Notes under the pieces: model-generated
Seen by the model: the letters and a program-made list of their open reading frames with translations, nothing else
Told to the model about the DNA's origin: nothing
Database searches by the model: none
Shown here: in pieces, positions 32,308-41,918 of the stretch
How positions within the stretch are numbered: the first letter of the stretch is position 1
How the letters are laid out: every line of letters starts with the position of its first letter
Assembly: GCA_902610845.1 (NCBI GenBank)
Contig: CACLXJ010000003.1
Span: 36,069-100,068 of the forward strand
Reading direction: 5' to 3'
Origin: an uncultured Alphaproteobacteria bacterium
Lineage (GTDB): Bacteria; Pseudomonadota; Alphaproteobacteria; HIMB59; GCA-002718135
Length of the DNA stretch: 64,000 nucleotides
Program-made: the position numbers and the translations under genes

Positions 32308-33126
32308 ATGTCTTTTATTTATAGAGATAAATTTCTGTATTATACAATAAGTATTGTTTTATCTATTTTAATATCATTTCCCATTCTAATAATATTAATT
32401 CTGTCTTTTAAAACTACAACTGAAATTAGGTTTGATAATTTCTTTAGTCAATTTACTTTAAATAACTATTTTTCTATTTGGGATTTAGAAGTAAGAACAA
32501 ATAAAAATACTTTCAAACAATCTTTGTTTAACAGTATAGTTGTAACAAGTGGAACTGTAATATTATCACTAGTTATTAATGTTTTAGCTGGTTATGCAGT
32601 ATCATTATTAAAGCTACCTTATAAAAATTTTATTTTTATTTTATTAATTTTGCCTTTTCTAATTCCAGTTTATTCAATTATTATTCCTCTATATATTTTA
32701 CTCTATACACTTAATCTAAATGATAGTTATCTAGGGTTAATTATTATTTATACTATTTATGTTTTGCCAATTGGATTTTTTTTAATGTACAACTCTTTTA
32801 ATAGTATTCCTAAATCTTTAAGAGAAGTAGCAATTTTAAATGATAGTTCAGAATTAAAAATACTTTTTTCAATTATGCTTCCATTAGCTATCCCTGGTTT
32901 AATTACTTTAATTATATTTGCTATCTATATTTCTTGGACAGATTATTTGCTCGCATTTATAATTATGAACTCGGCTGATATGCAAATGTTAAATGTTACT
33001 CTTTCTAAAATTGGGTTTAGGTCAATTTATCCATATGCTGGATATGTAATTTCTTACCTACCTTTCATGATTATTTTCATTTTGCTTCAAAAATTCTATT
33101 TTAAGAGTATAATTTCATCATCTTGA
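32308..33126 (+). CDS. carbohydrate ABC permease (MalG-like), divergent copy 4
   Basis: LREVAILND loop, MLPLAIPGL; lacks the GSAVKE tail. Confidence 0.85.
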   Translation: MSFIYRDKFLYYTISIVLSILISFPILIILILSFKTTTEIRFDNFFSQFTLNNYFSIWDLEVRTNKNTFKQSLFNSIVVTSGTVILSLVINVLAGYAVSLLKLPYKNFIFILLILPFLIPVYSIIIPLYILLYTLNLNDSYLGLIIIYTIYVLPIGFFLMYNSFNSIPKSLREVAILNDSSELKILFSIMLPLAIPGLITLIIFAIYISWTDYLLAFIIMNSADMQMLNVTLSKIGFRSIYPYAGYVISYLPFMIIFILLQKFYFKSIISSS

Positions 33127-33129
33127 AAT

Positions 33130-34164
33130 ATGAAAAATGAATTTATGAATGTGCCAATCTTTTCAGGAGATGGTAAAGTACATTTTGAAGAAAGAAAAAT
33201 TCCAACGCCTGGAGATAATCAACTCTTAATTCAGGCAAAAGCAAATTTATTGTGTGGTTCTGACAGAAATCAATTTTACAATGGAAGTCCTCAATGCATT
33301 CCAGGCCATGAAGGAGCAGGAGTTATTGTGGAAAAAGGTAAAAATGCAAAATTTGAAATCGGTATGAAAGGTGCTGTATATTTGTATGATTATTGTCATA
33401 AGTGTCGAAGTTGCCAATTAGGGCTAACTAATCAATGTTTACATAAAAACTGTGACTATGGTTTTAATGTTGACGGTGCTTTTTGTGAATATTACCTTGT
33501 AAATGATTATGTTTTTTTTCCAGTTGATGAAAGTGTAGATGTAATCAATGCAACATTGCTTTTAGATGTCATGGGTACTGGTGGTCATGCTTCAAAAAGA
33601 GCACAACTAATTCATAAAGATATTCAATCTGTGCTAATAAATGGAGCCGGGCCTATAGGTCTTGGACTTTTAGCGATGAGTAAATTAACTTTTGCAAAAG
33701 ATTTACCCGTTCTGATTAATGATGTTAAATCATCAAGATTGCCATTAGCAGAAAAGATGGGTGGCTTACCTATAGATTTATCGAAACAATCCTTAGAAGA
33801 GGGTATAGAGCAACACGGAATTAAAAACCCTGATGTTGCTATTGATGCAACTGGTAAAGCAATTGCTAGAAAAAATGCACTAAATGTCCTTGCAAAAAGG
33901 GGGGTCTTGGTAATGGTAGGTAATGGTGAAGGTTTGGAATTTGAACAATATCCAGATATGGGTGCTCCTGAAAGAAGCATTCTTGGAAGCGAGTATTTTT
34001 CATATAATGAAATGGAAGCAAATCATGAGTTGCTTAAAAACAATCAAGAATATTTATCTCAAATTATTACTCATGAATACAAAATTAAAGATGTTCAAAA
34101 ATCATATGAACATTTCTTCTCTCCTGACTCTGATGCAGGTAAAATAGCTGTTGTTCATAATTAA
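33130..34164 (+). CDS. zinc-dependent alcohol/sugar dehydrogenase (MDR)
   Basis: CGSD, GHE, CxxCxxC-x7-C and GAGPIG motifs. Confidence 0.9.
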   Translation: MKNEFMNVPIFSGDGKVHFEERKIPTPGDNQLLIQAKANLLCGSDRNQFYNGSPQCIPGHEGAGVIVEKGKNAKFEIGMKGAVYLYDYCHKCRSCQLGLTNQCLHKNCDYGFNVDGAFCEYYLVNDYVFFPVDESVDVINATLLLDVMGTGGHASKRAQLIHKDIQSVLINGAGPIGLGLLAMSKLTFAKDLPVLINDVKSSRLPLAEKMGGLPIDLSKQSLEEGIEQHGIKNPDVAIDATGKAIARKNALNVLAKRGVLVMVGNGEGLEFEQYPDMGAPERSILGSEYFSYNEMEANHELLKNNQEYLSQIITHEYKIKDVQKSYEHFFSPDSDAGKIAVVHN

Positions 34165-34167
34165 TTG

Positions 34168-35148
34168 ATGAAAAAAATAAAAGTTGCACTTATTGGAACT
34201 GGTAACTGGTCTTTACAACATTGTCGTATTCTTTCGCAAAGCCCCCAAGTAGAATTCTGCGGCATCTTAGGAAGGAATAAAGACAGAACCAAAAAAAGAG
34301 CCAAACTTTATGATGTTCCATATTATATTGATTTTAATGAACTTATAAAAAATCAGAGACCTGACTTAATAAATATAAGTCTTCCTAATGAGCATCATTT
34401 CGACATGACAAAGAAAGTGATTAAATCTAATACCCCTTTATTTGTTGAGAAGCCTCTTGTTTTTAAAATGAGTGAAGCAAATAAACTTTTATCTGAAGCA
34501 AAAAAAAGAAATCTCTTTTTTGGAATTAATTTTAATTGGCATTATTCTACTCCTGTTAAAAAAGCAATTAAAGCAATTAAAACTAATCAGCTAGGGGAAA
34601 TTAATTTTATAACATGGAGATTTGGTGGTGGTGGAGGTGGAAAAAATTTAGATCCTCATGGTAACTTAATTGAAACTCAATGCCATGGATTTGATATGCT
34701 TGAATATTTAAATGGACCAATTAAATCAGTTCATTCATTTATGACAGATAAAACAAAAAAAGGTTTTAGCACGATGGTTGTATCAATGAATTTCCAAAAT
34801 AAATCAATTGGTAGCTTGCTTGGATCATATGATACATCATATCAATATCCTAATTCTCATTATGTTGAGATTAATGGCTCAAAGGGTAGAATTCTAATAG
34901 AAGACCAGGTTCAAAAATATACATTTAATAAAAAAAATAGTGAAACAGCCGAAGTTTGGAGAGCTGGTTTTTTTAATGACTACGAGAGAGAGTTTTTACG
35001 AACTTTTGATGAACATTATAAGTTAGTAATTAAAAATTTTTTAAACGGTAAACAGCCTCCCATTCATGCTGATAAAGGAAAACGTGCATTGCAATTAGCA
35101 TTAGCATGCATTAAGTCATTTGAATTAAAAAAAAGTATTGAAGTATAA
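34168..35148 (+). CDS. Gfo/Idh/MocA family oxidoreductase
   Basis: ALIGTG, FVEKP and HGFD motifs. Confidence 0.9.
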   Translation: MKKIKVALIGTGNWSLQHCRILSQSPQVEFCGILGRNKDRTKKRAKLYDVPYYIDFNELIKNQRPDLINISLPNEHHFDMTKKVIKSNTPLFVEKPLVFKMSEANKLLSEAKKRNLFFGINFNWHYSTPVKKAIKAIKTNQLGEINFITWRFGGGGGGKNLDPHGNLIETQCHGFDMLEYLNGPIKSVHSFMTDKTKKGFSTMVVSMNFQNKSIGSLLGSYDTSYQYPNSHYVEINGSKGRILIEDQVQKYTFNKKNSETAEVWRAGFFNDYEREFLRTFDEHYKLVIKNFLNGKQPPIHADKGKRALQLALACIKSFELKKSIEV

Positions 35149-35151
35149 ATT

Positions 35152-36150
35152 TTGAAAAAAAAAATTACATTAAAAGAAATTGCTCAAAAATGTAAAGTTA
35201 GTACCGCAACTGTATCTTTTGTCATTAATAATAAAAATCGAAAAGGTATTTCTGAAGCTACATGGTTAAAGATTGAAAATATCCTCAAAAAATATGGCTA
35301 TAAAAAAAATAAATCATCAAAACAACTAAAAAGAATAGTTTTTTGTTTTGAGAGTAGCACACATTTAGCTGCATCTAGATTTCTTCAAGGAATTGATAAT
35401 GATACTTTATATAAAAATGAATTTATTTTTTTATTTAATGCTATTTCTAATAATTTGGATAATTTGAATAAAATTTATGAAAAATATAATCCTGATGGAA
35501 TAATTATATCTACTGGAAGAACAAGGAAAATTGAATTTGATATTTCAAAGTATAAATCTTCAAATATAGTTCTATTAAATTGTTGGGCGGATAAATTTAA
35601 TGGTATATCAATTCTACCATCAGATTATAATAGTACAAAAAAAGTCATTAAGTCTTTATTAGATTCCAACAAAAAAAATATTGCAATAATTCTCCCAGAA
35701 AATTATTTTTGGCAAGGTTATGAAGATAGATTGTCAGGTTGGAGAGATGCTCATTTTGAAAATAATGTTAAAATTAATTCAAAACTAATATGTCGTCCTA
35801 TCAAAAATAAAAAATATGAATCTGATTCTGAAATCGGATATGAATCTTTAAATAAATTAATAAAAAACAGAGTAAAAATAAATGCAATATTTGCAATGAA
35901 TGATTTTTTAGCAATGGGTTGTTATCAGGCAGCAAAAGAGAATAATTTAAATATACCTAGAAATTTTTCAATTATAGGTTTTGATAATAGTACAACAGCA
36001 ATTAATCTTAAACCATCACTATCTTCTATTGTGTTACCTATCCCAGAAATGACTTATAAAGCTATTCAACATATATTTGATGATAAAAATTACGATGAAA
36101 ATTTCAAAATATTTGTAGATTGTGATTTAATACAAAGGAATTCCTCATAA
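35152..36150 (+). CDS. LacI family transcriptional regulator
   Basis: TLKEIAQKCKVSTATVS helix-turn-helix; NDFLA and IIGFDN; TTG start. Confidence 0.9.
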   Translation: MKKKITLKEIAQKCKVSTATVSFVINNKNRKGISEATWLKIENILKKYGYKKNKSSKQLKRIVFCFESSTHLAASRFLQGIDNDTLYKNEFIFLFNAISNNLDNLNKIYEKYNPDGIIISTGRTRKIEFDISKYKSSNIVLLNCWADKFNGISILPSDYNSTKKVIKSLLDSNKKNIAIILPENYFWQGYEDRLSGWRDAHFENNVKINSKLICRPIKNKKYESDSEIGYESLNKLIKNRVKINAIFAMNDFLAMGCYQAAKENNLNIPRNFSIIGFDNSTTAINLKPSLSSIVLPIPEMTYKAIQHIFDDKNYDENFKIFVDCDLIQRNSS

Positions 36151-36156
36151 AAAATA

Positions 36157-36957
36157 TTATGATTTATATACAATCGTATTCATAGGATGATCTGCAATTT
36201 CACCAGCTTTTTTTCCACCAAGAAATAATTCTGCATCACCTTTTCTATCTTTTGTTTCAAGTTTACCTACACGTGAACCATCTGCATAATAAGTTACAAC
36301 CATTGCTTCACGAATTTTATCAGATATATTTAATCCAGCCCCGTGAATTGTCCATCCAAAATGAAAAGTACAATCACCGGCATTAATTGATTCTAATTCA
36401 ACAACCTCTAATTTTTTTTCATCAATTATTTTATCGTAGTGATTTTCAGATTTTTCATTTATTGATATTCCCATAAGATCTCCCATTGTGTGTGAGTTTT
36501 TAACGAAACGCATAATTCCCATGTCTTTATTACAATCAATTAATGGCATCCATAATCCAATATGAAGATTTGTATCAAGTGGCCAAAAAAACTGATCTTG
36601 ATGCCAGTATGATTTTGTATCTCCTGGATGTTTAAAAATTGCTTGCTCATGAAATATTCGAACAGCATTAACCTTCATTAAATCAGCTGCAATTTTTCCA
36701 AGACGTTTTGAGAGACAAAATTTTTCAACACCTTTTGAGTCAAAGCGAATATTAAGCGCTTGATAAAAAGCACCACCAAATTCTTTATCTTTATCTTGAT
36801 TTCTTTCTTCTGCTACTTTTTTAATTTCATCTCTATAAGCAGAAATTTCACTCTTTGATAAAACATTTTTTAAAACTACAAAGCCATTTTGCCAAAAAAA
36901 ATCAATTTTTTTATTTTCTAAGTTATAATAATCATCAATATCAGGTAAATTATTCAT
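36157..36957 (-). CDS. PhyH family Fe(II)/2-oxoglutarate dioxygenase
   Basis: WHQD, HFGWTIHGA and distal Arg. Confidence 0.88.
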   Translation of the reverse strand: MNNLPDIDDYYNLENKKIDFFWQNGFVVLKNVLSKSEISAYRDEIKKVAEERNQDKDKEFGGAFYQALNIRFDSKGVEKFCLSKRLGKIAADLMKVNAVRIFHEQAIFKHPGDTKSYWHQDQFFWPLDTNLHIGLWMPLIDCNKDMGIMRFVKNSHTMGDLMGISINEKSENHYDKIIDEKKLEVVELESINAGDCTFHFGWTIHGAGLNISDKIREAMVVTYYADGSRVGKLETKDRKGDAELFLGGKKAGEIADHPMNTIVYKS

Positions 36958-37045
36958 ATCTATTTTAATTTATATTTTAATAATTATTGTAATTAAATCT
37001 TTTTTAATTATGATTTTTTAATTCTTGTTAATATAAATTGTTTTT

Positions 37046-38593
37046 ATGAAAGTTAAAATTGTTCTACATAAAGATTATAAAATCAGTAAAATTGATAAAA
37101 GAATATACAGTTCATTCATAGAACATCTTGGAAGAGCAATATATGAGGGTATTTACGAACCTGATCATTCAGAGGCAGATGAAAATGGATTTAGAAAAGA
37201 TGTAATGAAATTAGTTTCTGAATTAAATATGCCTGCAGTTAGATATCCTGGTGGTAATTTTGTTTCAGCTTTTAATTGGGAAGATTCCATTGGTTTAAAA
37301 GAAGATAGACCAACAAGATTAGACTTAGCTTGGAAAAGTAAAGAGACTAACGAATTTGGTTTAAATGAATTTATCACATGGTGTAAAAAAATTAACACAG
37401 ACCCTATTTATGCTATTAATCTTGGAACTAGAGGTATTGATGCGGCAAGAAATATCATAGAATATTGTAACCATCTAAGTGGCTCTTATTGGAGTGACTT
37501 ACGAATAAAACATGGATTTAAAGACCCTCATAATATTAAAATGTGGTGCTTGGGTAATGAAATGGATGGTGAATGGCAGGTTGGTCATAAAACAGCTTAT
37601 GAATACGGAAGGCTTGCCAATGAAACTGCAAAAGCTATGCGTTTATTCGATAAAAATATTGAATTAGTTGTTTGTGGAAGTTCGTCAGATACAATGAAAA
37701 CATTTCCAGAATGGGAAAGAGAAGTATTAGATTTAACTTATGACTCTGTAGATTATATTTCTATGCATAAATATTGGAGTAATTCAGAAGATAGATCCGA
37801 TGAAAGAGAAATTAGCAAACATAATACAACTAATTATTTAACTAATAGTATAGGCCTTCAAAAATACATTTCTGATGTTGAAAGCACTATAAATTTTATA
37901 AAGTCAAAAAAAAGATCAAAAAAAAATATCAAAATTAGCTTTGATGAATATCAGCCTTGGTATCATAGTATTAAAAAAATGAATACGCATTTAAATTCCA
38001 ATAATAAAGATTGGCCCAAAGCATACCCAATCTTAGAAGATGAATATAATTTGTTAGACTGTTTGCTTGTTGGAACTGTGATCAATACTTTTATCAATAA
38101 CTCACATATTGTTAAAATTGCCTGTATGGCTCAACTTGTTAATGTTATTCCAGCAATTTCTACAGCAAAAAATGGAATTAGTTGGAGGCAATCAGTATAT
38201 TACCCACTTTATTTCGCATCTTTATATGGAAGAGGGGAGTCACTTCAACTTAAAATAAATTCACCTAAGTATTCAAGTGATATAGCTGATGATGTTAACT
38301 ATATAGATGCATCTGCAGTTATAAATGAAGAAAAAAAAACATTATCTTTTTTTATTATTAATAGATCAGAAGAAGAAAGAGTAGATTTAGATTTTGATAT
38401 AAATAACATACCAATTATTAAAATAATTGATCAGCAAATAATTAATCATACAAATATATATGTATCAAATACTATTAACAAACCAAACGAAATTGCTCCA
38501 AAAAAAACTAATATTGCAACTTTTCAAAATGAAAAATTAATGGCTAAAATACCTAAATTATCATACCTATTTATTCTCTTAAAAATAAAATAA
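37046..38593 (+). CDS. abfA: alpha-L-arabinofuranosidase, glycoside hydrolase family 51
   Basis: FIEHLGR, RYPGGNF, WCLGNEMDG, FDE and AQLVNVI motifs; no signal peptide. Confidence 0.92.
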   Translation: MKVKIVLHKDYKISKIDKRIYSSFIEHLGRAIYEGIYEPDHSEADENGFRKDVMKLVSELNMPAVRYPGGNFVSAFNWEDSIGLKEDRPTRLDLAWKSKETNEFGLNEFITWCKKINTDPIYAINLGTRGIDAARNIIEYCNHLSGSYWSDLRIKHGFKDPHNIKMWCLGNEMDGEWQVGHKTAYEYGRLANETAKAMRLFDKNIELVVCGSSSDTMKTFPEWEREVLDLTYDSVDYISMHKYWSNSEDRSDEREISKHNTTNYLTNSIGLQKYISDVESTINFIKSKKRSKKNIKISFDEYQPWYHSIKKMNTHLNSNNKDWPKAYPILEDEYNLLDCLLVGTVINTFINNSHIVKIACMAQLVNVIPAISTAKNGISWRQSVYYPLYFASLYGRGESLQLKINSPKYSSDIADDVNYIDASAVINEEKKTLSFFIINRSEEERVDLDFDINNIPIIKIIDQQIINHTNIYVSNTINKPNEIAPKKTNIATFQNEKLMAKIPKLSYLFILLKIK

Positions 38594-38610
38594 ATTTAAT
38601 TTTATCAATT

Positions 38611-39432
38611 TTACTTTGTTCCTAAGGCAAAACCTCTTAGTAAATATTTTTGAAAGTATACTAAAAGAAAGATAGTTGGAATCGTAGAGATAATAATTCC
38701 TGCTAGAGAAGTACCCATATACATACTCAATCTATTTCCTAACTGAAGAGACATACCAACCTGAAGTGTTCTCATATGCTGTTCTGAAGCAGAAACAAGA
38801 GGCCATATATAATCATTCCAAGCACCACCAAAGTTCACTATGGCTACTGTAAAAATCGCAGGTAGTGCTAATGGCAGCATAATTCTTACAAAAATTTGCA
38901 AACGATTAGCTCCGTCAATAACAGAAGCTTCCTCTACTTCTTTTGGAACACCCTTAAAATATTGTGTCATAATAAAAACTCCAAATGGTACTCCAAGCTT
39001 TGGAAGAAATAAACCCGTATGTGTGTTATTTAATCCTAAAGAACTAAATTGCGTAAAGAGAGGGATAAATAATAATTCACCGGGTATCATTAATCCAGCA
39101 AGAACAAGTGGATATATAAATTTACGACCAAAAAAATCAATTCTTGCAAATGCGTATCCTGCCATTGAGCAAAATACAGTAGTGAAAAAAGTTGCACATA
39201 ATGCAACTATTAAAGTGTTCATAACCCATATATCAAAGTTTGAACTCCACATTTTAATATAATTTTCAACAGTAAAAGGAATGGGAAAAAATCCAAATAG
39301 GAAATTTGTAGTTGTTTTTTGCAATAATTCATTTGGTTGAAAAGACAGAGATATTACCCATACAACTGGTGTAAACCATATTAAGCATGCTATTAAAATT
39401 ACAAAAAAATTAAGAGTTAATCTTTTACTCAT
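38611..39432 (-). CDS. carbohydrate ABC permease (MalG-like), second system
   Basis: EEASVIDGA and WNDYIWP motifs. Confidence 0.9.
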   Translation of the reverse strand: MSKRLTLNFFVILIACLIWFTPVVWVISLSFQPNELLQKTTTNFLFGFFPIPFTVENYIKMWSSNFDIWVMNTLIVALCATFFTTVFCSMAGYAFARIDFFGRKFIYPLVLAGLMIPGELLFIPLFTQFSSLGLNNTHTGLFLPKLGVPFGVFIMTQYFKGVPKEVEEASVIDGANRLQIFVRIMLPLALPAIFTVAIVNFGGAWNDYIWPLVSASEQHMRTLQVGMSLQLGNRLSMYMGTSLAGIIISTIPTIFLLVYFQKYLLRGFALGTK

Positions 39433-40507
39433 TTTCTCTAAATAACCTAAATTGTAAAAAGGTAAAAAAACCTATGATTAAAAATAGTACTACTGAAACT
39501 GCAGCACCTGAGCCCATTCTCATATCTCTAAAAGAATATTCGTAAATTAATTGAACTAAAGTTCTTGAATTATTATTTGGCCCACCTCCTGTTAGAAGTT
39601 GTGACTGAGCAAATATTTGTAAATGAGCAATAATTTGTAAAACGGACACAAGAAGGAAAATTCTACTTACCCCTGGTAAAGTTATATACCAAAACATTTG
39701 ACTATTTGATGCACCGTCTATTCTTGCAGCTTCGTATCTTTCATCAGGAATTTGTTGAAGAGCGGCAATAAATAAAATTATTGGCAAACCAATTGTCCAC
39801 CAAATAGTTGCAAAAATGATAACAAATCTACCTGCAATTGTTTTTTGTGTAAATGGATAAGGATCATAACCAAAAGCCTCTAAAGCATTATTAAATAAAC
39901 TTCCATATCCACCAAAAAGTTGAGAGAATACTAATGATAATCCTACAACGCCAACACCACCAGTTGCCCAGAACATCGTTCTAATAATGGTAAACGTTAC
40001 ACCTTTTTTATTTGTTGCAATTGCTATAATGATAGCAATGAAGGTAACACCATAGGCAGAGTAAAAAGCTAAAATAATTGTATTTCTTACAGTCTTCCAA
40101 AATAGATCATCTTCCCAATACGCATCCTCCGTTGGTTTAATTCCATTCATAAAATAAACAATTAGCGCAAATATAAAGAAAAATTTTAAACCAACATTGT
40201 GTTTTAATATTTCATTTTTATGAAAGATATAAATAGTAGCAATTATCAAAAAAAGCAGACAAATTTTTATTGGAGTTAAAAAAACAGTAAAATCATAATA
40301 AACACCTTCTCCAGCTAATAAATATATATAATTTTCAAATCCAATAAATTCTGCGTTATCTGGATTGATAGCTACGGCCATCAAATTCCAATCAAAAAAA
40401 CTCATATAAAATAATTTACCAAATGGATAGATTAGAAAAGATAAAAAAAAGACCAAAAAAGGCAATATTAATAAATAGGCATAAAAATTATCATTCTTTA
40501 TCTTCAT
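39425..40507 (-). CDS. carbohydrate ABC permease (MalF-like), second system
   Basis: IGFENY, YEAARIDGA and LTGGGP motifs; extra TM insertion; start uncertain. Confidence 0.88.
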   Translation of the reverse strand: MKIKNDNFYAYLLILPFLVFFLSFLIYPFGKLFYMSFFDWNLMAVAINPDNAEFIGFENYIYLLAGEGVYYDFTVFLTPIKICLLFLIIATIYIFHKNEILKHNVGLKFFFIFALIVYFMNGIKPTEDAYWEDDLFWKTVRNTIILAFYSAYGVTFIAIIIAIATNKKGVTFTIIRTMFWATGGVGVVGLSLVFSQLFGGYGSLFNNALEAFGYDPYPFTQKTIAGRFVIIFATIWWTIGLPIILFIAALQQIPDERYEAARIDGASNSQMFWYITLPGVSRIFLLVSVLQIIAHLQIFAQSQLLTGGGPNNNSRTLVQLIYEYSFRDMRMGSGAAVSVVLFLIIGFFTFLQFRLFRENE

Positions 40508-40607
40508 AATACTCTTATAAATTAACAAAACATAAACTAAAATTATCTTGATTTTTTTTTAAATTCAATGACTATTATTTAATATATTATTTTAAATGGG
40601 AGAAAAA

Positions 40608-41852
40608 ATGAAAAAAATTAAACTAATATTCTTTGCTTCATTCCTTTCATTAATAAGTTTTAGCGTATCGGCAGTAGATATTACGATAGCTAGATTTTTT
40701 GGTGATTGTGAAGATGCTGGAAGTGATACAACTACGACTTCCGGGGAGGCGTGTATTATTCAATCAATAATTAATGCTTTTAATGAACAAAATCCTGATA
40801 TCAATGTAACTACTGAAGTTCTTGATTGGGGTCAAACATACAATATTCTACAAACAAGATATGCTGACAATAGTGCACCTGATATCCATATCATGCACAG
40901 ACACCGTATTCCTCAATTCTCATCAATTGGCGCTATAGCTGATTTAAGTGGTGAATTAGAAAAATATGGAATGGACTCTAGTGATATAGTTCCAATGATG
41001 ATGGATGCCTTGACGTTTGATGGTGGTATGTGGGGTTTACCACTTGATATTCATGCTGGATTGTTCCATACCAATTTGGATCTTATGGCAAAAGCTGGCT
41101 TAGTCAAAGATGGAAAACCAATTTATCCTACTAGTCCTGCAGAAATGTTAGAGCATGCAAATGCATGTAAAGCTGTCGGAGCTGATTATTTAGCAAGTGG
41201 ACAAACAAGAGCTATCTATGGTCTAACATGGCAGCAAAATGCTAATTTCTTTGAAGGAAAAAAAGCAACTCTTAACACTGATGAAGTGAGAAATGCAGTT
41301 CAGCTTTATCTGGATCTTAAAGCTGCAGGTGCTTACCAACCTGAACTTGATTATGGTAGTGCTGAAAAATTCTGGATGGATGGTAAAGCATGTATTTTAT
41401 ATAATGGTACATGGGTTGTAGATTATTATTCTCAGAATGTTGACTTCAATTACTATGTTGGACCTATGCCAACAATTTATGATAAGGGAGCAACATGGGC
41501 TGATTCACATATGTGGTCAATTCCAGCAGCATTAAAATCTTCAAGTCCTGAAAAATATGATGCTGTTATGAAGTTAGCAAAGTTTATGTGGGATCACAGT
41601 ATTGATTGGTCAAGAACTGGCCACATGTCTTATAGATCATCTGTTATTAACAGTGATGCATATATGAATTTACCGCATAGAACTGAGTATGCATCTACAG
41701 CTGAGATAATGACTGATACTCCGCATTCCATAAATTATGGAGCTATTGTTCAGTTATTAGACACAGAAATTGGAGCAATAATGCTTGGTGAGAAAGACAT
41801 GGATTCAGGTCTTAAGGATGCAAATAATAAATTAAAGAAATTAATTCGTTAA
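40608..41852 (+). CDS. carbohydrate ABC substrate-binding protein, second system
   Basis: Signal peptide, RFFGDC...GEACII N-terminus, WADSH motif; divergent from its permeases. Confidence 0.88.
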   Translation: MKKIKLIFFASFLSLISFSVSAVDITIARFFGDCEDAGSDTTTTSGEACIIQSIINAFNEQNPDINVTTEVLDWGQTYNILQTRYADNSAPDIHIMHRHRIPQFSSIGAIADLSGELEKYGMDSSDIVPMMMDALTFDGGMWGLPLDIHAGLFHTNLDLMAKAGLVKDGKPIYPTSPAEMLEHANACKAVGADYLASGQTRAIYGLTWQQNANFFEGKKATLNTDEVRNAVQLYLDLKAAGAYQPELDYGSAEKFWMDGKACILYNGTWVVDYYSQNVDFNYYVGPMPTIYDKGATWADSHMWSIPAALKSSSPEKYDAVMKLAKFMWDHSIDWSRTGHMSYRSSVINSDAYMNLPHRTEYASTAEIMTDTPHSINYGAIVQLLDTEIGAIMLGEKDMDSGLKDANNKLKKLIR

Positions 41853-41866
41853 TTTCCCTTATATAT

Positions 41867-41893
41867 AATGGAGGTGTTTTTTACACCTCCATT
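41867..41893 (+). terminator. stem-loop after the binding-protein gene (terminator or mRNA stabiliser)
   Basis: AATGGAGGTGT-N5-ACACCTCCATT perfect 11-bp inverted repeat with only a weak U-tail. Confidence 0.6.
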
Positions 41894-41918
41894 CATTCGA
41901 TAAAGAAAGATAGGAAGT

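Noticed and set aside
38840..39262. 140-aa antisense ORF, and similar shadow ORFs (e.g. 33624-33980, 41849-42181, 57816-58169, 19200-19478)
   Set aside because: They overlap well-supported genes on the opposite strand or in another frame and show no recognisable motifs
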